The notes: a model not told the origin generated them from the sequence alone. DNA of 59,684 nt from a bacterium (GCA_041946805.1 JBHGBC010000016.1:1-59684); one strand, 5' to 3'; shown: positions 29,661-40,827, numbered from the stretch's first letter. Program-made: numbers and translations.

Positions 29661-31505
29661 ATGATGTCTGCCCGATGGACCGTACTGGGGTTGATCATCA
29701 CGGGATTCGTGTGCCTGCTGCTCACGGAAATTCCCGCGCGGACGGAGCCGGCGGGTTCCGGGGCGGCGGCGGCTTCCGCGCGCGGCCGGGTGGGAATGCT
29801 TCCCGAAATTCCCGCCGGATACAGTCAGCGGGAGGTTCAATCTCTCGTGTTGATGGGCCATCCCACCATCACGGTGGAGAATGAATCCGTGGCCGTCATC
29901 CGCTTCCAGACCGCCATGCCCACGCCCGCGGCGCGGATCTACTACGGCACTTTCCTGCCCGACCAGATTCTGCTGGAGCCGCGGTACCGCCGCACGGAAA
30001 AGGAAAACCTGGACACGTTGAGCACCGCGCATGAAATCCGCTTCGAACTCGCTCCGTTGATGGCGGCCTCTATCGACGTGAACCGGATGGCGGAAAACGG
30101 CGGGGGCGTGGTGGCCTACCGGCTGGAGATCTACGATCCCCAGGAGGCGCGCGGCCATTTCTACGATTCACGTTTCGAGTTCAAAGGACGGGAGAGAATC
30201 CCCACCATCATCGAGGGGCCGTTCGTCGATCAGGTCACTCCCACCGGCGCGGTGATTTCCTGGGAATCCGACTTACCCGCGAAGGGAACCGTGTGGGTGG
30301 GGACCAAGGCGTATCCCGCGGGTGAAAACCTCGCCATGCGGCATGAAATCAAACTGACGGACCTGCAGCCGGGCATGCGCCAGACCTACCGGATCGAATT
30401 GACCGGCGGCCGCGTCTCCAGCACGGGCCGGGAGTTTTATTTCCACACGCCCGCCCCCGGCCTGACCCGGTTCCGCTTCGCCACCCTGGGAGACAGCCGG
30501 GAAGGCGTGGGCGGCGGCGAGATGGCGTATGGAGGGGCCAACCTGAAGGTTTTGGAAAGGCTGACCGCCGATGCGTTCAACCGGGAGGCGGAGTTCATCA
30601 TCCACACGGGCGACATGATCAACGGTTACACCACCAGCCCGTTGGATTTCGACATGCAACTCAAGGCCTTCAAACACGCCATGGAGCCGGTGGGGCGGTA
30701 TATTCCCATCTACGAGATCATGGGCAATCACGAATCGTTGGTGGACCGGTACGAGGACAGCCGGGGCCGGGCCTTCTCGGTGGACAAGACGGGAAACGGC
30801 AGCGCGGAAGAATTGTTCGGCCGGGCGTTTGTCAATCCCGAAAACGGGCCGGAACCGGAAACCGCGGGCGCGCCGAGCTATAAGGAAAACGTGTACACCT
30901 TCGATTACGGCCCCTGCCGGTTCGTGGTGATGAACAACAACTACTGGTGGTGCAGCACGGCCGAACGCGTGGGGGCCAACCTGGAAGGCTACGTGCTGGA
31001 CAAACAATGGGCGTGGTTGCAGCAGGTTTTCAGGCAAGCCACGGAAAATCCGGCCGTCCAGCACCTGTTTCTGCTGGCGCAGGAACCCATGTTTCCCAAC
31101 GACGGCCACGTGGGCGACGCCATGTGGTACCATGGGGGCGATCCGGAAAAAAACGGAGGCATCGATCGCAAATACGTTGTAGAGCGGCGGGACGAAATCT
31201 GGGAGGCGTTTGTGGCGACTGGCAAGGCGCGAGTGGGGATTTTCGGCGACGAGCACAACTACAGCCGCACTCTGGTCGACGCAAGAGTTAATCCCCGCTA
31301 TGCGCGTCCCGCCTGGCAGGTCATCTCCGGCGGAGCGGGCGCGCCGTATCACGCCCGGAATCCGGAGGTCCCGTGGGCGGAGCAGGTGCGGGCGTCCAGT
31401 GTACAGATCCATTATGTTCTGTTCGAGGTGGACGGCCCCGCGGTCCACATGGAGGCCATCAGCGACACCGGTGAGATCATCGACCGGGCGGATCTGGCGC
31501 CGTGA
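29661..31505 (+). CDS. Secreted calcineurin-like metallophosphoesterase with FN3/purple-acid-phosphatase-type N-terminal domain
   Basis: Signal peptide; HEIKLTDLQPG..Y FN3-like segment; LGDSR, HTGDM, MGNHE, GDEH motifs; QVISGGAGAP. Confidence 0.85.
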   Translation: MMSARWTVLGLIITGFVCLLLTEIPARTEPAGSGAAAASARGRVGMLPEIPAGYSQREVQSLVLMGHPTITVENESVAVIRFQTAMPTPAARIYYGTFLPDQILLEPRYRRTEKENLDTLSTAHEIRFELAPLMAASIDVNRMAENGGGVVAYRLEIYDPQEARGHFYDSRFEFKGRERIPTIIEGPFVDQVTPTGAVISWESDLPAKGTVWVGTKAYPAGENLAMRHEIKLTDLQPGMRQTYRIELTGGRVSSTGREFYFHTPAPGLTRFRFATLGDSREGVGGGEMAYGGANLKVLERLTADAFNREAEFIIHTGDMINGYTTSPLDFDMQLKAFKHAMEPVGRYIPIYEIMGNHESLVDRYEDSRGRAFSVDKTGNGSAEELFGRAFVNPENGPEPETAGAPSYKENVYTFDYGPCRFVVMNNNYWWCSTAERVGANLEGYVLDKQWAWLQQVFRQATENPAVQHLFLLAQEPMFPNDGHVGDAMWYHGGDPEKNGGIDRKYVVERRDEIWEAFVATGKARVGIFGDEHNYSRTLVDARVNPRYARPAWQVISGGAGAPYHARNPEVPWAEQVRASSVQIHYVLFEVDGPAVHMEAISDTGEIIDRADLAP

Positions 31506-31841
31506 AGGGATTTGATTTATCGCGACTATTCTCAGGATTGCAGAGAATGGATGCCTTTCGCCATATCAGGGCATCCCTCACCCTGACCCTCTCCCAGAGG
31601 GAGAGGGAATGGTTTAGTGTTTCCATTCATGCCCATACACCGAATCAAGCACGGATGAAGTTCTGAATTCGGGGAAATAGTCGCGATTTATTGAAAGACC
31701 GGCCGATATGGAAGTAGGGGCACGTTGCCACGTGCCCTTACTTCCCAACCGGGAGATGAATACCAGGCCGGGCAATCCGCCGTGTAACCCATCAAAACTT
31801 GGCGGAATTCCCCGATTACTTCACCGGCAAGGAGATTCACC

Positions 31842-32726
31842 ATGAGCCTCATAAGCATGAAACCGATGCTGGCCGTGGCCCGCGAAAAGCACTACGCCGT
31901 GGGGGCCTTCAACGCGGTCGATTACTTGTCCATCAAGGCGGTGCTGAAGGCGGCGGAGGAAATCGACGCCCCGGTGATCATCCAAACCTCGGTCAAGACG
32001 GTGAAATTCTGGAGCCACGCGCCGATCGTTGCATGGATGAAAGAATTGGCGCAAGATTCTCCCATCCCGGTGGCGTTGCATCTCGACCATTGCAAGGATG
32101 TGGACTTCATCCAGCAGTGCATCGACGCGGGCTGGACCTCGGTGATGATCGACGCCTCGTCCCTGCCTTATGAGCAAAATCTGGCGGTCTCGCAAGAGGT
32201 GGCGCGGCGGGGCGCGGCGGCGGGGGTGGGCGTGGAAGCGGAGTTGGGTGAAATCGGCGGGGTGGAAGAAGACATCGCCGTGGACGCGGCCGGGGCCCAT
32301 CTGGCCGATCCCGACAAGGCGGTGCGTTTCTGCCAGGCCATGGACCTGGCCGTGTTCGCCCCGGCCATCGGCACCGCGCACGGCATTTACAAGGGCGAGC
32401 CCAAAATCGCGTTCGACCGCCTGGAGGCGATCTCGCGGCGCGTTTCGACTCCCCTGGCGCTGCATGGGGGGACCGGATTGTCCGAGGAGGTATTTAAGCG
32501 CTGCATCGCGCTGGGCTGCGCCAAGGTCAATATTTCCACGGAACTGAAGCACATATTCATTGACAGCATCGCGGACTATCAGCGCCAGGGGGGCGTGTAC
32601 GAACCGCTCAAGGCCCTTGAAGTTCAATTGGAGCAGATCAAAAAGGCCATGCAAAAGCATCTGATCCTGTTCGGCGGCGAAGGCCGGGCCTCCCGCGACC
32701 AAAAGGAATATGGACGATTTTCGTGA
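31842..32726 (+). CDS. Class II fructose/tagatose-bisphosphate aldolase
   Basis: YAVGAFN; VALHLDH; SVMIDAS; VEAELG; AIGTAHG; LHGGTG; KVNIST. Confidence 0.93.
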   Translation: MSLISMKPMLAVAREKHYAVGAFNAVDYLSIKAVLKAAEEIDAPVIIQTSVKTVKFWSHAPIVAWMKELAQDSPIPVALHLDHCKDVDFIQQCIDAGWTSVMIDASSLPYEQNLAVSQEVARRGAAAGVGVEAELGEIGGVEEDIAVDAAGAHLADPDKAVRFCQAMDLAVFAPAIGTAHGIYKGEPKIAFDRLEAISRRVSTPLALHGGTGLSEEVFKRCIALGCAKVNISTELKHIFIDSIADYQRQGGVYEPLKALEVQLEQIKKAMQKHLILFGGEGRASRDQKEYGRFS

Positions 32727-32802
32727 GATAGGAATGAAAGGCAGAAATATAGGATGGGTTAGAGCGCGGCGCGTAATCCATCAACATCCTGATCTACTTG
32801 TG

Positions 32803-32826
32803 CATCCTGACCATCCGGATTCAGAC
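32803..32826. repeat. Intergenic repeat family D (ATCCTGACCATCyGGATTCAGAC)
   Basis: A near-identical copy lies at 36586-36608. Both are preceded by ATCCTG iterations. Confidence 0.7.
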
Positions 32827-32969
32827 CATCTTCCCTCTTCCTTTAGGAGAGGACCAGGGTGAGGGAATTTGTGGTGCAGGCATCTTGCCTGCCAGCGTTC
32901 CGAAGGGGAAACGTCCCCTGGAGGATTCGTGATGCGTTGCTCATCATCATCTGGAGGAGGAATACAACG

Positions 32970-33680
32970 TTGCTGAAAGCCTTGATCTTCGATTGTGACG
33001 GCGTGCTGGCGGACACGGAACGGGACGGCCACCGGGTGGCCTTCAACCGCGCGTTCCAGGAGAAGGGGTATTCCTTTGAATGGGATGTGGACCTTTACGG
33101 CGAACTGCTGAAGGTGTCCGGCGGTAAGGAACGCATGCGGCATTATTTCATCCAACACGGCTGGCCGAACGATGTCAAAGACCAACAGGCGTGGCTGCAA
33201 GAAATGCATAAACTCAAAACGGATATTTTCACGCGGATTATCGAGAGCGGGCAGCTCCCCGCGCGGTCCGGCGTGAAGCGGCTGGTGGATGAAGCCCTGG
33301 CGGAGGGCGTCCGGCTGGCGGTTTGTTCGACTTCCAACGAGCGGGCGGTGGCGCAAGTTGTCGAAACCCTGCTGGGGCCGGAGCGGAAGCAGGAGTTTTT
33401 GATCCTCGCGGGCGACATCGTCACGCGGAAAAAGCCGAGTCCCGAAATTTACACGCTGGCCAAGGAACGTCTGGAGCTGAAAGGTTCGGAATGCGTGGTG
33501 ATCGAGGACAGCCGCAACGGCCTCTTGGCCGCCAAGGCGGCGCTGATGCATTGCCTGGTCACCATCAGCCATTACACGAAGGATGAGGATTTCGCCGAGG
33601 CGGACGCCGTGGTCCCCGAACTGGGCGACCCGCCGGATGTGTATATCACGCTGGGGGATTTGAAGCGGATCGCGGGGTGA
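32970..33680 (+). CDS. HAD-superfamily hydrolase, CbbY-like
   Basis: LIFDCDGVLADTERDGHRVAFN; GGKERM; KKPSPEIY; VIEDSRNG. TTG start after GGAGGAGG. Confidence 0.9.
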   Translation: MLKALIFDCDGVLADTERDGHRVAFNRAFQEKGYSFEWDVDLYGELLKVSGGKERMRHYFIQHGWPNDVKDQQAWLQEMHKLKTDIFTRIIESGQLPARSGVKRLVDEALAEGVRLAVCSTSNERAVAQVVETLLGPERKQEFLILAGDIVTRKKPSPEIYTLAKERLELKGSECVVIEDSRNGLLAAKAALMHCLVTISHYTKDEDFAEADAVVPELGDPPDVYITLGDLKRIAG

Positions 33681-33744
33681 GAAACGATGAATCACTTGAT
33701 TCGTGTAGGCGATCTCAACGCCGTGTCAAGCAAATTGTGTCCAT

Positions 33745-35766
33745 TCAATACAGAGTAAAATGCCCGATCCCCGCGGGTTTGAGGATATGTTCTTGGACGT
33801 CCCAAACCTTGGTCAATCCTTCGCTCTCACTGGTAAGAAGCAGGGAACCGTCGGGCGATAACGCCAAACAAAGTAAATCCTTGGCAACACCGTCAAGGGT
33901 TTTGATGATTTGCCCAGCCGCGATATCCCACACCTCGGCGCCCGCGAAGAGATACTGGCCGTCCGGCGAGAGGCGTGCGGGGAGATGAATGGAATCGAAT
34001 GTCTGCTCGATCCGCGCGGTTTGAGAATCCCAGATATAAGCGCGGTGATCGTTATCCGCGCTGAGCACCCGGCGGCCATCCGGGAAGAAGCGGGCGTAAA
34101 CAACCCCCGTGGCGTGGCCGATGAATTCGGACACCATCGCGCCTGTTTCCGCGTCCCAGACCTTGGCGGTTCCATCCCGGCTGGCGCTGACGATCCGCCG
34201 ACTGTCGGGAGAAAAATCAGCGTGCCAGACGCTGTCCGTGTGGCCGCGGAGATCGCGCAGGGTGTCGAAATTCCTCGTCTCATAGATCCGGATGAGATTA
34301 TCGGTCCCCGGTTCGCTTTCCCGGCCCGTGGCCACCAGCAGCCGCGCGCCGTCCGGGCTGAAGGCGGCCTGATAGCGGTCATCGGTTTCCGATACAGTGA
34401 GGGAGTGCAGAATCGTATCCAGCGCTCCATTCAGAATCTTGACCGATTGATCCGCGATCCCCACGGCCAGGGCGTCATCGGGGGAGAAACAGGCGATCTG
34501 CGAAAGGGTCACTGAATCCTTCGGCAGAAAGGAGGTCTGGAGAGATTGTTTGTCAAAATCCCACTTATATTCAAAGCCATATAACAATGACGAATAGGTA
34601 ATGAGTTCGTTGGCGGAGGAAAAAGCAGCTTCGTTTTGTAATATGGGCCGATGCAAAAAGGGGTATTTCATGATAAATTTCCTGCTAGGAATATCATAAA
34701 CATAGATCCCTTTTCCATCTTCAGATATGCCATGTAAATACAGTATGTCTTTTAGCTCATCAAAGACCATATCTCCAAAATGATAGGAAGCGGATACATA
34801 CGCAAAGGGGCCGGCGTACGCGACAAAGCCTGTCGTTTTAAGATTTGTGATGTCAGCCACCCAAGTTTGAGTATAATCCAAAAGAAACTTTCCATCGGGA
34901 GTTATTTCGAGAGGCTCTCCATCATAGTAGAGAGATTCGGGTATTCTCTTTACCCGCTTTCCTGTCAATGTATTCCAGAGTTGAAGGTGATAAGCGACAT
35001 TTCCAGACTCCATATCATAAAGCATCCCGATCACTTCATCCGCTTTGGCAGGGGACTTTATGAAATCAATTAATATTTTATATCTATCAGCAGCATATTG
35101 CCGTGCATCCTCCAACAATTTATGTTCCAATACCGCTCCGTTGACATAATTCCACCGGTGATAAAAAGTTTCTTTAATTTCACTGTAATATCCTGGTACA
35201 TCATAATCCCGCACCCCATAAATTCCAACCATACCCCGTTGCGCCGGTTGGATCTCCAAGATCTGCAGAATATTTTTGGTTTCCACCGTGAATTGGCTGT
35301 TTTCCAGTAAATCATAAATCGTGGCTGTCTCATTTTTCTTGTCATGTTTCAAGACAAACCGGCCGTTGTTCAGAAAGGAGATGGATTTATCCTTACATTC
35401 CTCTTCCCAAATGATTCGCTTGGTGTTCCAGTCCAGCACCGAAAACGTATCCGGGGCTTCCTTCGGCGTGATCAACACCTTGGTTTTATCCGGCGAGAAG
35501 CGCAAGGAAGAGGGAGGATGGATTTCCCAGTTCTTTTCCACGATGTACGTTTCCGGATCGATCCAATAAACCGTGCCCTCCCGGGCCAGAATCAGGGGAT
35601 TCCCCTGCGGACCGATCTCCAAATCGTATTCGGGAGGCAGGCCGATCACCCATTCTCCATGAGGAGAATGGAAGAATTGGACCGTTTTCCCGGCCTGCGC
35701 GGTTTCGATGAAATCCGGCTGACTGAGCAACGCAATCCACGCTCCGAGAATCCCAAATAGTTTCAT
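33745..35766 (-). CDS. Secreted WD40-repeat protein with an AT-rich central segment
   Basis: Signal-like N-terminus after GGAGG. C-terminal WD40 repeats (GHTDSVWHADFSPDSRRIVSASRDGTAKVWD). Ends PAGIGHFTLY. Confidence 0.85.
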   Translation of the reverse strand: MKLFGILGAWIALLSQPDFIETAQAGKTVQFFHSPHGEWVIGLPPEYDLEIGPQGNPLILAREGTVYWIDPETYIVEKNWEIHPPSSLRFSPDKTKVLITPKEAPDTFSVLDWNTKRIIWEEECKDKSISFLNNGRFVLKHDKKNETATIYDLLENSQFTVETKNILQILEIQPAQRGMVGIYGVRDYDVPGYYSEIKETFYHRWNYVNGAVLEHKLLEDARQYAADRYKILIDFIKSPAKADEVIGMLYDMESGNVAYHLQLWNTLTGKRVKRIPESLYYDGEPLEITPDGKFLLDYTQTWVADITNLKTTGFVAYAGPFAYVSASYHFGDMVFDELKDILYLHGISEDGKGIYVYDIPSRKFIMKYPFLHRPILQNEAAFSSANELITYSSLLYGFEYKWDFDKQSLQTSFLPKDSVTLSQIACFSPDDALAVGIADQSVKILNGALDTILHSLTVSETDDRYQAAFSPDGARLLVATGRESEPGTDNLIRIYETRNFDTLRDLRGHTDSVWHADFSPDSRRIVSASRDGTAKVWDAETGAMVSEFIGHATGVVYARFFPDGRRVLSADNDHRAYIWDSQTARIEQTFDSIHLPARLSPDGQYLFAGAEVWDIAAGQIIKTLDGVAKDLLCLALSPDGSLLLTSESEGLTKVWDVQEHILKPAGIGHFTLY

Positions 35767-36031
35767 ATGGAATTGCCTCCAATGTTTTGTCTCAAAGGAA
35801 AGCCGCGGCACTCGGGACCGTGTACGCTCGAGACTTTTCTTAAAGTAGAATAACATGGAATGAGAAAATCACCAATAAAAAATTGATACTTAACAATACA
35901 TAATAATCACAAGATTACCAAATTAAGGCTGTTTGGATATCTTTGGAGAAGAATGAGGCGGGGTGTAACGCGGTGCGTGGGCCATTTTCCGCAATGGCTT
36001 TATTCCCAGGCGGGATATTTCCGTGGCGGGC

Positions 36032-36496
36032 TCATTCCCCCGCGAGCGGCATCTGGACTTCGGTGAGGTATTTCTTGGGATTGCCCTTGAAGAACATGCC
36101 CGGGCCTTTCCGGTAGATCTCCCGCGCGGGGCCCTGGAGTTTCAGATTTTTCTCCTGGGCGTAGGCCATGAGTTTCTCGTAGGTGGGGCCCACCTCGTCG
36201 TAGGGGCCCCGGTGCAGCAGGCTGAGGCAGCGGATCCCCGGCAGGGTCCGGACGGTGATCCCTTCCACCTCGACCGGCCGGCGGATAGGGACGCAGGATT
36301 CGATATCCGCGTCGTTCTCCTTGTAGCCCTCGTCGTAATAGAGATTGAAGAAGCAGCCGGCCATCCATCGTCCCAGGCTCCGCCCCAGCCGGCTGAAGGC
36401 GGTGGAGCAATCGCTGTATTTCCCCTTGAAGCGGATGCTGGCCACGAGCACGGGTTCCACGGTTTTTTCTTCAACTTCGAACGTTTCCTGATTCAT
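36032..36496 (-). CDS. GyrI-like small-molecule-binding domain protein
   Basis: FEVEEKTVEPVLVASIRFKG; LLHRGPYDE; GPAREIY; YLTEVQMPL. Confidence 0.88.
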   Translation of the reverse strand: MNQETFEVEEKTVEPVLVASIRFKGKYSDCSTAFSRLGRSLGRWMAGCFFNLYYDEGYKENDADIESCVPIRRPVEVEGITVRTLPGIRCLSLLHRGPYDEVGPTYEKLMAYAQEKNLKLQGPAREIYRKGPGMFFKGNPKKYLTEVQMPLAGE

Positions 36497-37410
36497 GATG
36501 CGCCGCGCCTCCTGTTCCCTTGCGATGGCGGAGATGTGGATGGATCAGCAAAGGATATCCCATCACAATCCTGAGCATCCTGTAAATCCTGACCATCTGG
36601 ATTCAGACAAAAATGAATGGTTCATCCAGCAAGTGCGTCCATTTTCCCCTCTCGTGGAAACCGCCAGTCATGATCTGAGTTCCCATCCCCGTTGCTTTGG
36701 ATCGAGAGTTAAATCCCCTCTCCCCCCGGGAGAGGGTTAGGGTGAGGGAAGTCCTTTTTTCGGCGCCCCTCACCCCGGCCCTCTCCCAAAGGGCGAGGGA
36801 GAAAAAGTAGTTCAAGGGTGTTTTTTTCCAATCATTTGAAGGAAGCAAACAACCGTATGCTAAACGTAAGGATGTGGATTTCAGGATTCCCCCATCCCGC
36901 TCCCGGCCGTTCAACCCGGGTCACGGCCCGCGCCGGCCGGGATATTCCAAAAAATAATTCAAAAAATCATAAAAAAATGAATTCAAGCCGATTGCCTGCC
37001 CGCCAATACTGGATACAATTCTAGCCATATACTTGGCGCACGGAACGAAATCCATTAAAAAAGAGGATCGCTTTTTCCGCGGGAAGGATATTATAAAACC
37101 CTCGATTTCAAAGGTTTATTTTAATATCCACGGGTTTCGGATCCATAAAACGCCAGGAATAGTTTGGTAATTAAATAGAAATAATAAACCATATTTAGAT
37201 TATTATTCAGCTATCTCTACTTCCATGGATTATTCATCAGGTGTGGTCATGTCCGCTTTTTGTACCGCTCTTCCAGTCCAAGATCCCGTTTGGACGAATC
37301 CCTATCCAAAGCCAACCCCTCTTCCTGATTTGAAATACACGCCTTGCTGATCGTATGCGTTTTGCCGCGCCGGCTTTACCCGGGATGAATGGTGTGGAAA
37401 GGAGTTCACC

Positions 37411-37917
37411 ATGAGGATGGACCTCAACCAGCCCTCCCCGCCTTCGGAGGACAATCGCTGGAAAATCGTGACCGCGGCCATGCGCCGGCATGGCTTCAAG
37501 GCCAATTCGCTGATCGAGACCCTGCACACCGTGCAGGAGACCTTCGGCTACCTGGATAAGACCGCGTTCCAATACGTCGCCGCCGCCTTGCGGGTTCCCT
37601 TGAGCCAGGTGTATGGGGTGGCCACGTTCTACCACTTTTTCAACTTGAAGCCGCCTGGCGAGCACACCTGCGTGCTTTGCACGGGAACGGCCTGCTTCAT
37701 CAAGGGGGGTCCCGAAATCCTGAAAGCGGTGCAGGATCAATGCGCCCTCCAGTTGGGAGAAACCACACCGGACAACAAGGTTTCGCTGCTCTCGGCGCGG
37801 TGTGTCGGGGCCTGCGGCCTGGCGCCCGTGGCGGTGTTCGACGGCGAGGTGACCGGCAACCTGACTCCCGCGGACGTGGTGAATCGCATCCAGAGGTGGA
37901 CCAACCATGACGCCTGA
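37411..37917 (+). CDS. hoxE: Bidirectional NiFe hydrogenase subunit HoxE
   Basis: [38 protein letters not shown]. First gene of the hox operon. Confidence 0.92.
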   Translation: MRMDLNQPSPPSEDNRWKIVTAAMRRHGFKANSLIETLHTVQETFGYLDKTAFQYVAAALRVPLSQVYGVATFYHFFNLKPPGEHTCVLCTGTACFIKGGPEILKAVQDQCALQLGETTPDNKVSLLSARCVGACGLAPVAVFDGEVTGNLTPADVVNRIQRWTNHDA

Positions 37918-39535
37918 AGAAATCCAGACCATAGCGGCGAATCAGCAGAAGGTGCGGCACAAAACCCCGTACCATGTGTGCGTGTGCACGGCGGCCGCCT
38001 GCCTTTCCACGCAAGGCGACAAGGTCAAAAACGCGCTCTTCGAGGAGGTCCGCACCCAGGGGAAAGAGAAGGAATGCAGCGTGCGGGGCGTCGGCTGCCT
38101 GGGTTTGTGCTCGGAAGGCCCCCTGGTGGTGGTGGAGTCGGACGGTGATCATCCCGCCCAGACGCTGTACAAAAAGGTCAAGGCGGAGGACGCGCCCCGG
38201 ATCGTCGGCCAGATGGGGAAGGCCCCGGTCTCCGAATTGTTATGCCCCAGCGGCCTGCCCTTCTTCACCAAGCAGAAAAAGATCGTCCTGGAAAATTCGG
38301 GGCTGATCGATCCGGAACGGATCGAGGACGCCATCGCCCTCGGTGGATACGAGGCGTTGATCCAGGTCCTGACCGGCATGACCCCGGCGGAAGTGATCGA
38401 GGAGATTTTCCATAGCGGCCTGCGGGGGCGCGGGGGGGCGGGATATCCCACCGGCCTCAAGTGGAGCACGGTGGCGAAGGCGGTGGGGGCCAAGAAATAC
38501 GTGGTGTGCAACGGCGACGAGGGCGACCCCGGGGCCTTCATGGACCGCAGCGTGCTGGAAAGCGATCCTCACCGGGTGCTGGAGGGCATGATCATCGCCG
38601 CCTACGCCGTGGGGGCGCAGGAAGGATTCCTATACGTGCGGGCGGAATATCCGCTGGCCATCAAGCGGCTGCGCAACGCCATCCGCCAGGCGCAGCGGCT
38701 GGGCCTCCTCGGCAACAACATCCTGGGCACGCCCTTCCACTTTCATGTCGACGTCCGCCTGGGCGCGGGGGCCTTCGTGTGCGGGGAAGAGACCGCGCTC
38801 ATGGCCTCGATCGAGGGACGGCGGGGATCGCCGCGCCCCCGGCCGCCCTACCCGGCTCAGTACGGCCTGTGGGGCTGCCCGACGCTGATCAACAACGTGG
38901 AAACCTTCGCCAACATCGCGCCCATCATCCGGAACGGAGCGAAATGGTTCGCGGGCATCGGCACGGAGAAGAGCAAGGGGACCAAGGTGTTCGCGCTGGC
39001 CGGGCGGGTCAAGCACACCGGCCTGATCGAAGTGCCGATGGGGACCACGCTGCGGGAAATCGTGTTCGAGATCGGCGGCGGCATTCCGGACGGCAAGCAA
39101 TTCAAGGCCATCCAGACCGGCGGGCCCTCGGGCGGCTGCATTCCCGAGCAGTATCTCGACGCGCCGGTGGACTACGATTCCTTGAACGAACTGGGATCGA
39201 TCATGGGCTCGGGCGGCATGATCGTCATCGACGAAACCTCCAGCATGGTGGACGTGGCCAAGTATTTCATGGAGTTCTGCGTGTCCGAATCGTGCGGGAA
39301 ATGCGTCCCCTGCCGGGTGGGCACGGACCAGATGCACCGGCTGCTGCAAAAGATCGTCAACCAAAAGGCCGCCGCCAAGGATCTGGCGCTGCTCGAGGAA
39401 CTCTGTGACCTGGTGAAGAAAACCAGCCTGTGCGGGCTGGGCCAAACAGCCCCCAATCCGGTGCTGAGCACCCTGCGGTATTTCCGGAGCGAATACGAAG
39501 CGCTGCTGCGCGACGAACAGCCCGCGCGGGGTTAA
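37907..39535 (+). CDS. hoxF: Bidirectional hydrogenase diaphorase subunit HoxF
   Basis: [54 protein letters not shown]. Confidence 0.93.
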   Translation: MTPEEIQTIAANQQKVRHKTPYHVCVCTAAACLSTQGDKVKNALFEEVRTQGKEKECSVRGVGCLGLCSEGPLVVVESDGDHPAQTLYKKVKAEDAPRIVGQMGKAPVSELLCPSGLPFFTKQKKIVLENSGLIDPERIEDAIALGGYEALIQVLTGMTPAEVIEEIFHSGLRGRGGAGYPTGLKWSTVAKAVGAKKYVVCNGDEGDPGAFMDRSVLESDPHRVLEGMIIAAYAVGAQEGFLYVRAEYPLAIKRLRNAIRQAQRLGLLGNNILGTPFHFHVDVRLGAGAFVCGEETALMASIEGRRGSPRPRPPYPAQYGLWGCPTLINNVETFANIAPIIRNGAKWFAGIGTEKSKGTKVFALAGRVKHTGLIEVPMGTTLREIVFEIGGGIPDGKQFKAIQTGGPSGGCIPEQYLDAPVDYDSLNELGSIMGSGGMIVIDETSSMVDVAKYFMEFCVSESCGKCVPCRVGTDQMHRLLQKIVNQKAAAKDLALLEELCDLVKKTSLCGLGQTAPNPVLSTLRYFRSEYEALLRDEQPARG

Positions 39536-39555
39536 CGCGGGCGGGAGTGTCACTC

Positions 39556-40275
39556 ATGACCGTGCAAGTTCGCATCAAAACCCTGAAAATCGACGACCGG
39601 GATGTCAGCGCCCGCGAGGACGAGACGATCCTCCAGGTCGCGCGGGACAACAACATCGACATCCCCTCGCTCTGCAACCTGGAAGGCCTGACCGCGGTGG
39701 GCGCGTGCCGCCTGTGCATGGTGGAGTTGAAGGGCGGCTCCAAGCTGCTGCCCGCCTGCGTCACCCACGTGGAAGAAGGCATGGAAGTGGTGACCCGCTC
39801 GGAACGGCTGGACAAGTACCGCCGGATGATAATGGAGTTGATCTTTTCCGAACGCAACCACATCTGCTCCATCTGCGTCTCCAACGGGCATTGCGAATTG
39901 CAGTCGCTGGCCCAGAAGCTGGGAATGACGCACATCCAGGTTCCCTACCGCTTCCCGCGCCTCTTAGTGGACGCCACGCACGGCCGCTTCGTGCTCGATC
40001 ACAACCGCTGCATCCTCTGCGCGCGCTGCGTGCGGGTGTGCGATGAAATCGAGGGCGCGCACACATGGGACATCATGGGCCGGGGCATCGATTCGCGGGT
40101 GATCAGCGATCTCAACCAGCCCTGGGGCGAATCGCAGACCTGCACTGGCTGCGGGAAGTGCGTTCATGTCTGCCCCACCGGCGCGTTGTTCGAAAAAGGC
40201 AAATCCTCGTCGGAGATGGCGAAACGGCAACAGTTCCTGCCCTATCTGACGCTGATGCGGGAGGGCAAGCAATGA
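39556..40275 (+). CDS. hoxU: Bidirectional hydrogenase subunit HoxU
   Basis: [37 protein letters not shown]. Confidence 0.93.
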   Translation: MTVQVRIKTLKIDDRDVSAREDETILQVARDNNIDIPSLCNLEGLTAVGACRLCMVELKGGSKLLPACVTHVEEGMEVVTRSERLDKYRRMIMELIFSERNHICSICVSNGHCELQSLAQKLGMTHIQVPYRFPRLLVDATHGRFVLDHNRCILCARCVRVCDEIEGAHTWDIMGRGIDSRVISDLNQPWGESQTCTGCGKCVHVCPTGALFEKGKSSSEMAKRQQFLPYLTLMREGKQ

Positions 40276-40814
40276 ACAAGATTCGCGTCGCGACGACCTG
40301 GCTGGACGGCTGTTCCGGATGCCACATGTCGATCCTGGACATGGACGAACGGCTGCTCGAACTGGCCGGCCGCATCGAAGTCGTCTACAGCCCGCTCGTG
40401 GATCAAAAAGAATTCCCCGAGAACGTGGACCTGGCCCTGGTGGAAGGAGCCGTCAGCAGCGAGGACGATCTTCACAAGATCCGGACGATCCGGGAACGTT
40501 CCAAAGTGCTGGTGGCCCTGGGGGATTGCGCGGTGATGGCCAACATCCCCGCCATGCGCAACCCGTTCGGGATCGAGGCGGTGCTGGACCGGGCCTACCT
40601 CGAGCACACCGCCATCAAGAACCAGATTCCCAGTACGGGCGGGCCGGAAATTCCCGACCTGCTGAGCTACGCGCGGCCCATCCACGAAGTGGCGCCGGTG
40701 GATGTGTTCGTGCCGGGGTGCCCGCCCTCGGCGGATGTCATTTATTATGTTCTGACGGAACTGTTGGAAGGGCGCGTTCCCAACGTGACGGAGAAGACCC
40801 GGTTCGGCGCCTAG
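40272..40814 (+). CDS. hoxY: Bidirectional hydrogenase small subunit HoxY
   Basis: [24 protein letters not shown] overlap with hoxU. Confidence 0.93.
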   Translation: MNKIRVATTWLDGCSGCHMSILDMDERLLELAGRIEVVYSPLVDQKEFPENVDLALVEGAVSSEDDLHKIRTIRERSKVLVALGDCAVMANIPAMRNPFGIEAVLDRAYLEHTAIKNQIPSTGGPEIPDLLSYARPIHEVAPVDVFVPGCPPSADVIYYVLTELLEGRVPNVTEKTRFGA

Positions 40815-40827
40815 GAGAAAACAAAGC

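Noticed and set aside
32859..32969. N-terminal extension of the HAD hydrolase; also short ORFs over REP-rich intergenic regions (e.g. 15702-16174, 36603-36914)
   Set aside because: They are translations of repeats or intergenic DNA. A strong RBS supports the TTG at 32970.
37411..40275. Annotation as respiratory complex I nuoEFG
   Set aside because: The short HoxU and directly following NiFe small and large subunits identify hoxEFUYH. No membrane nuo genes are present.
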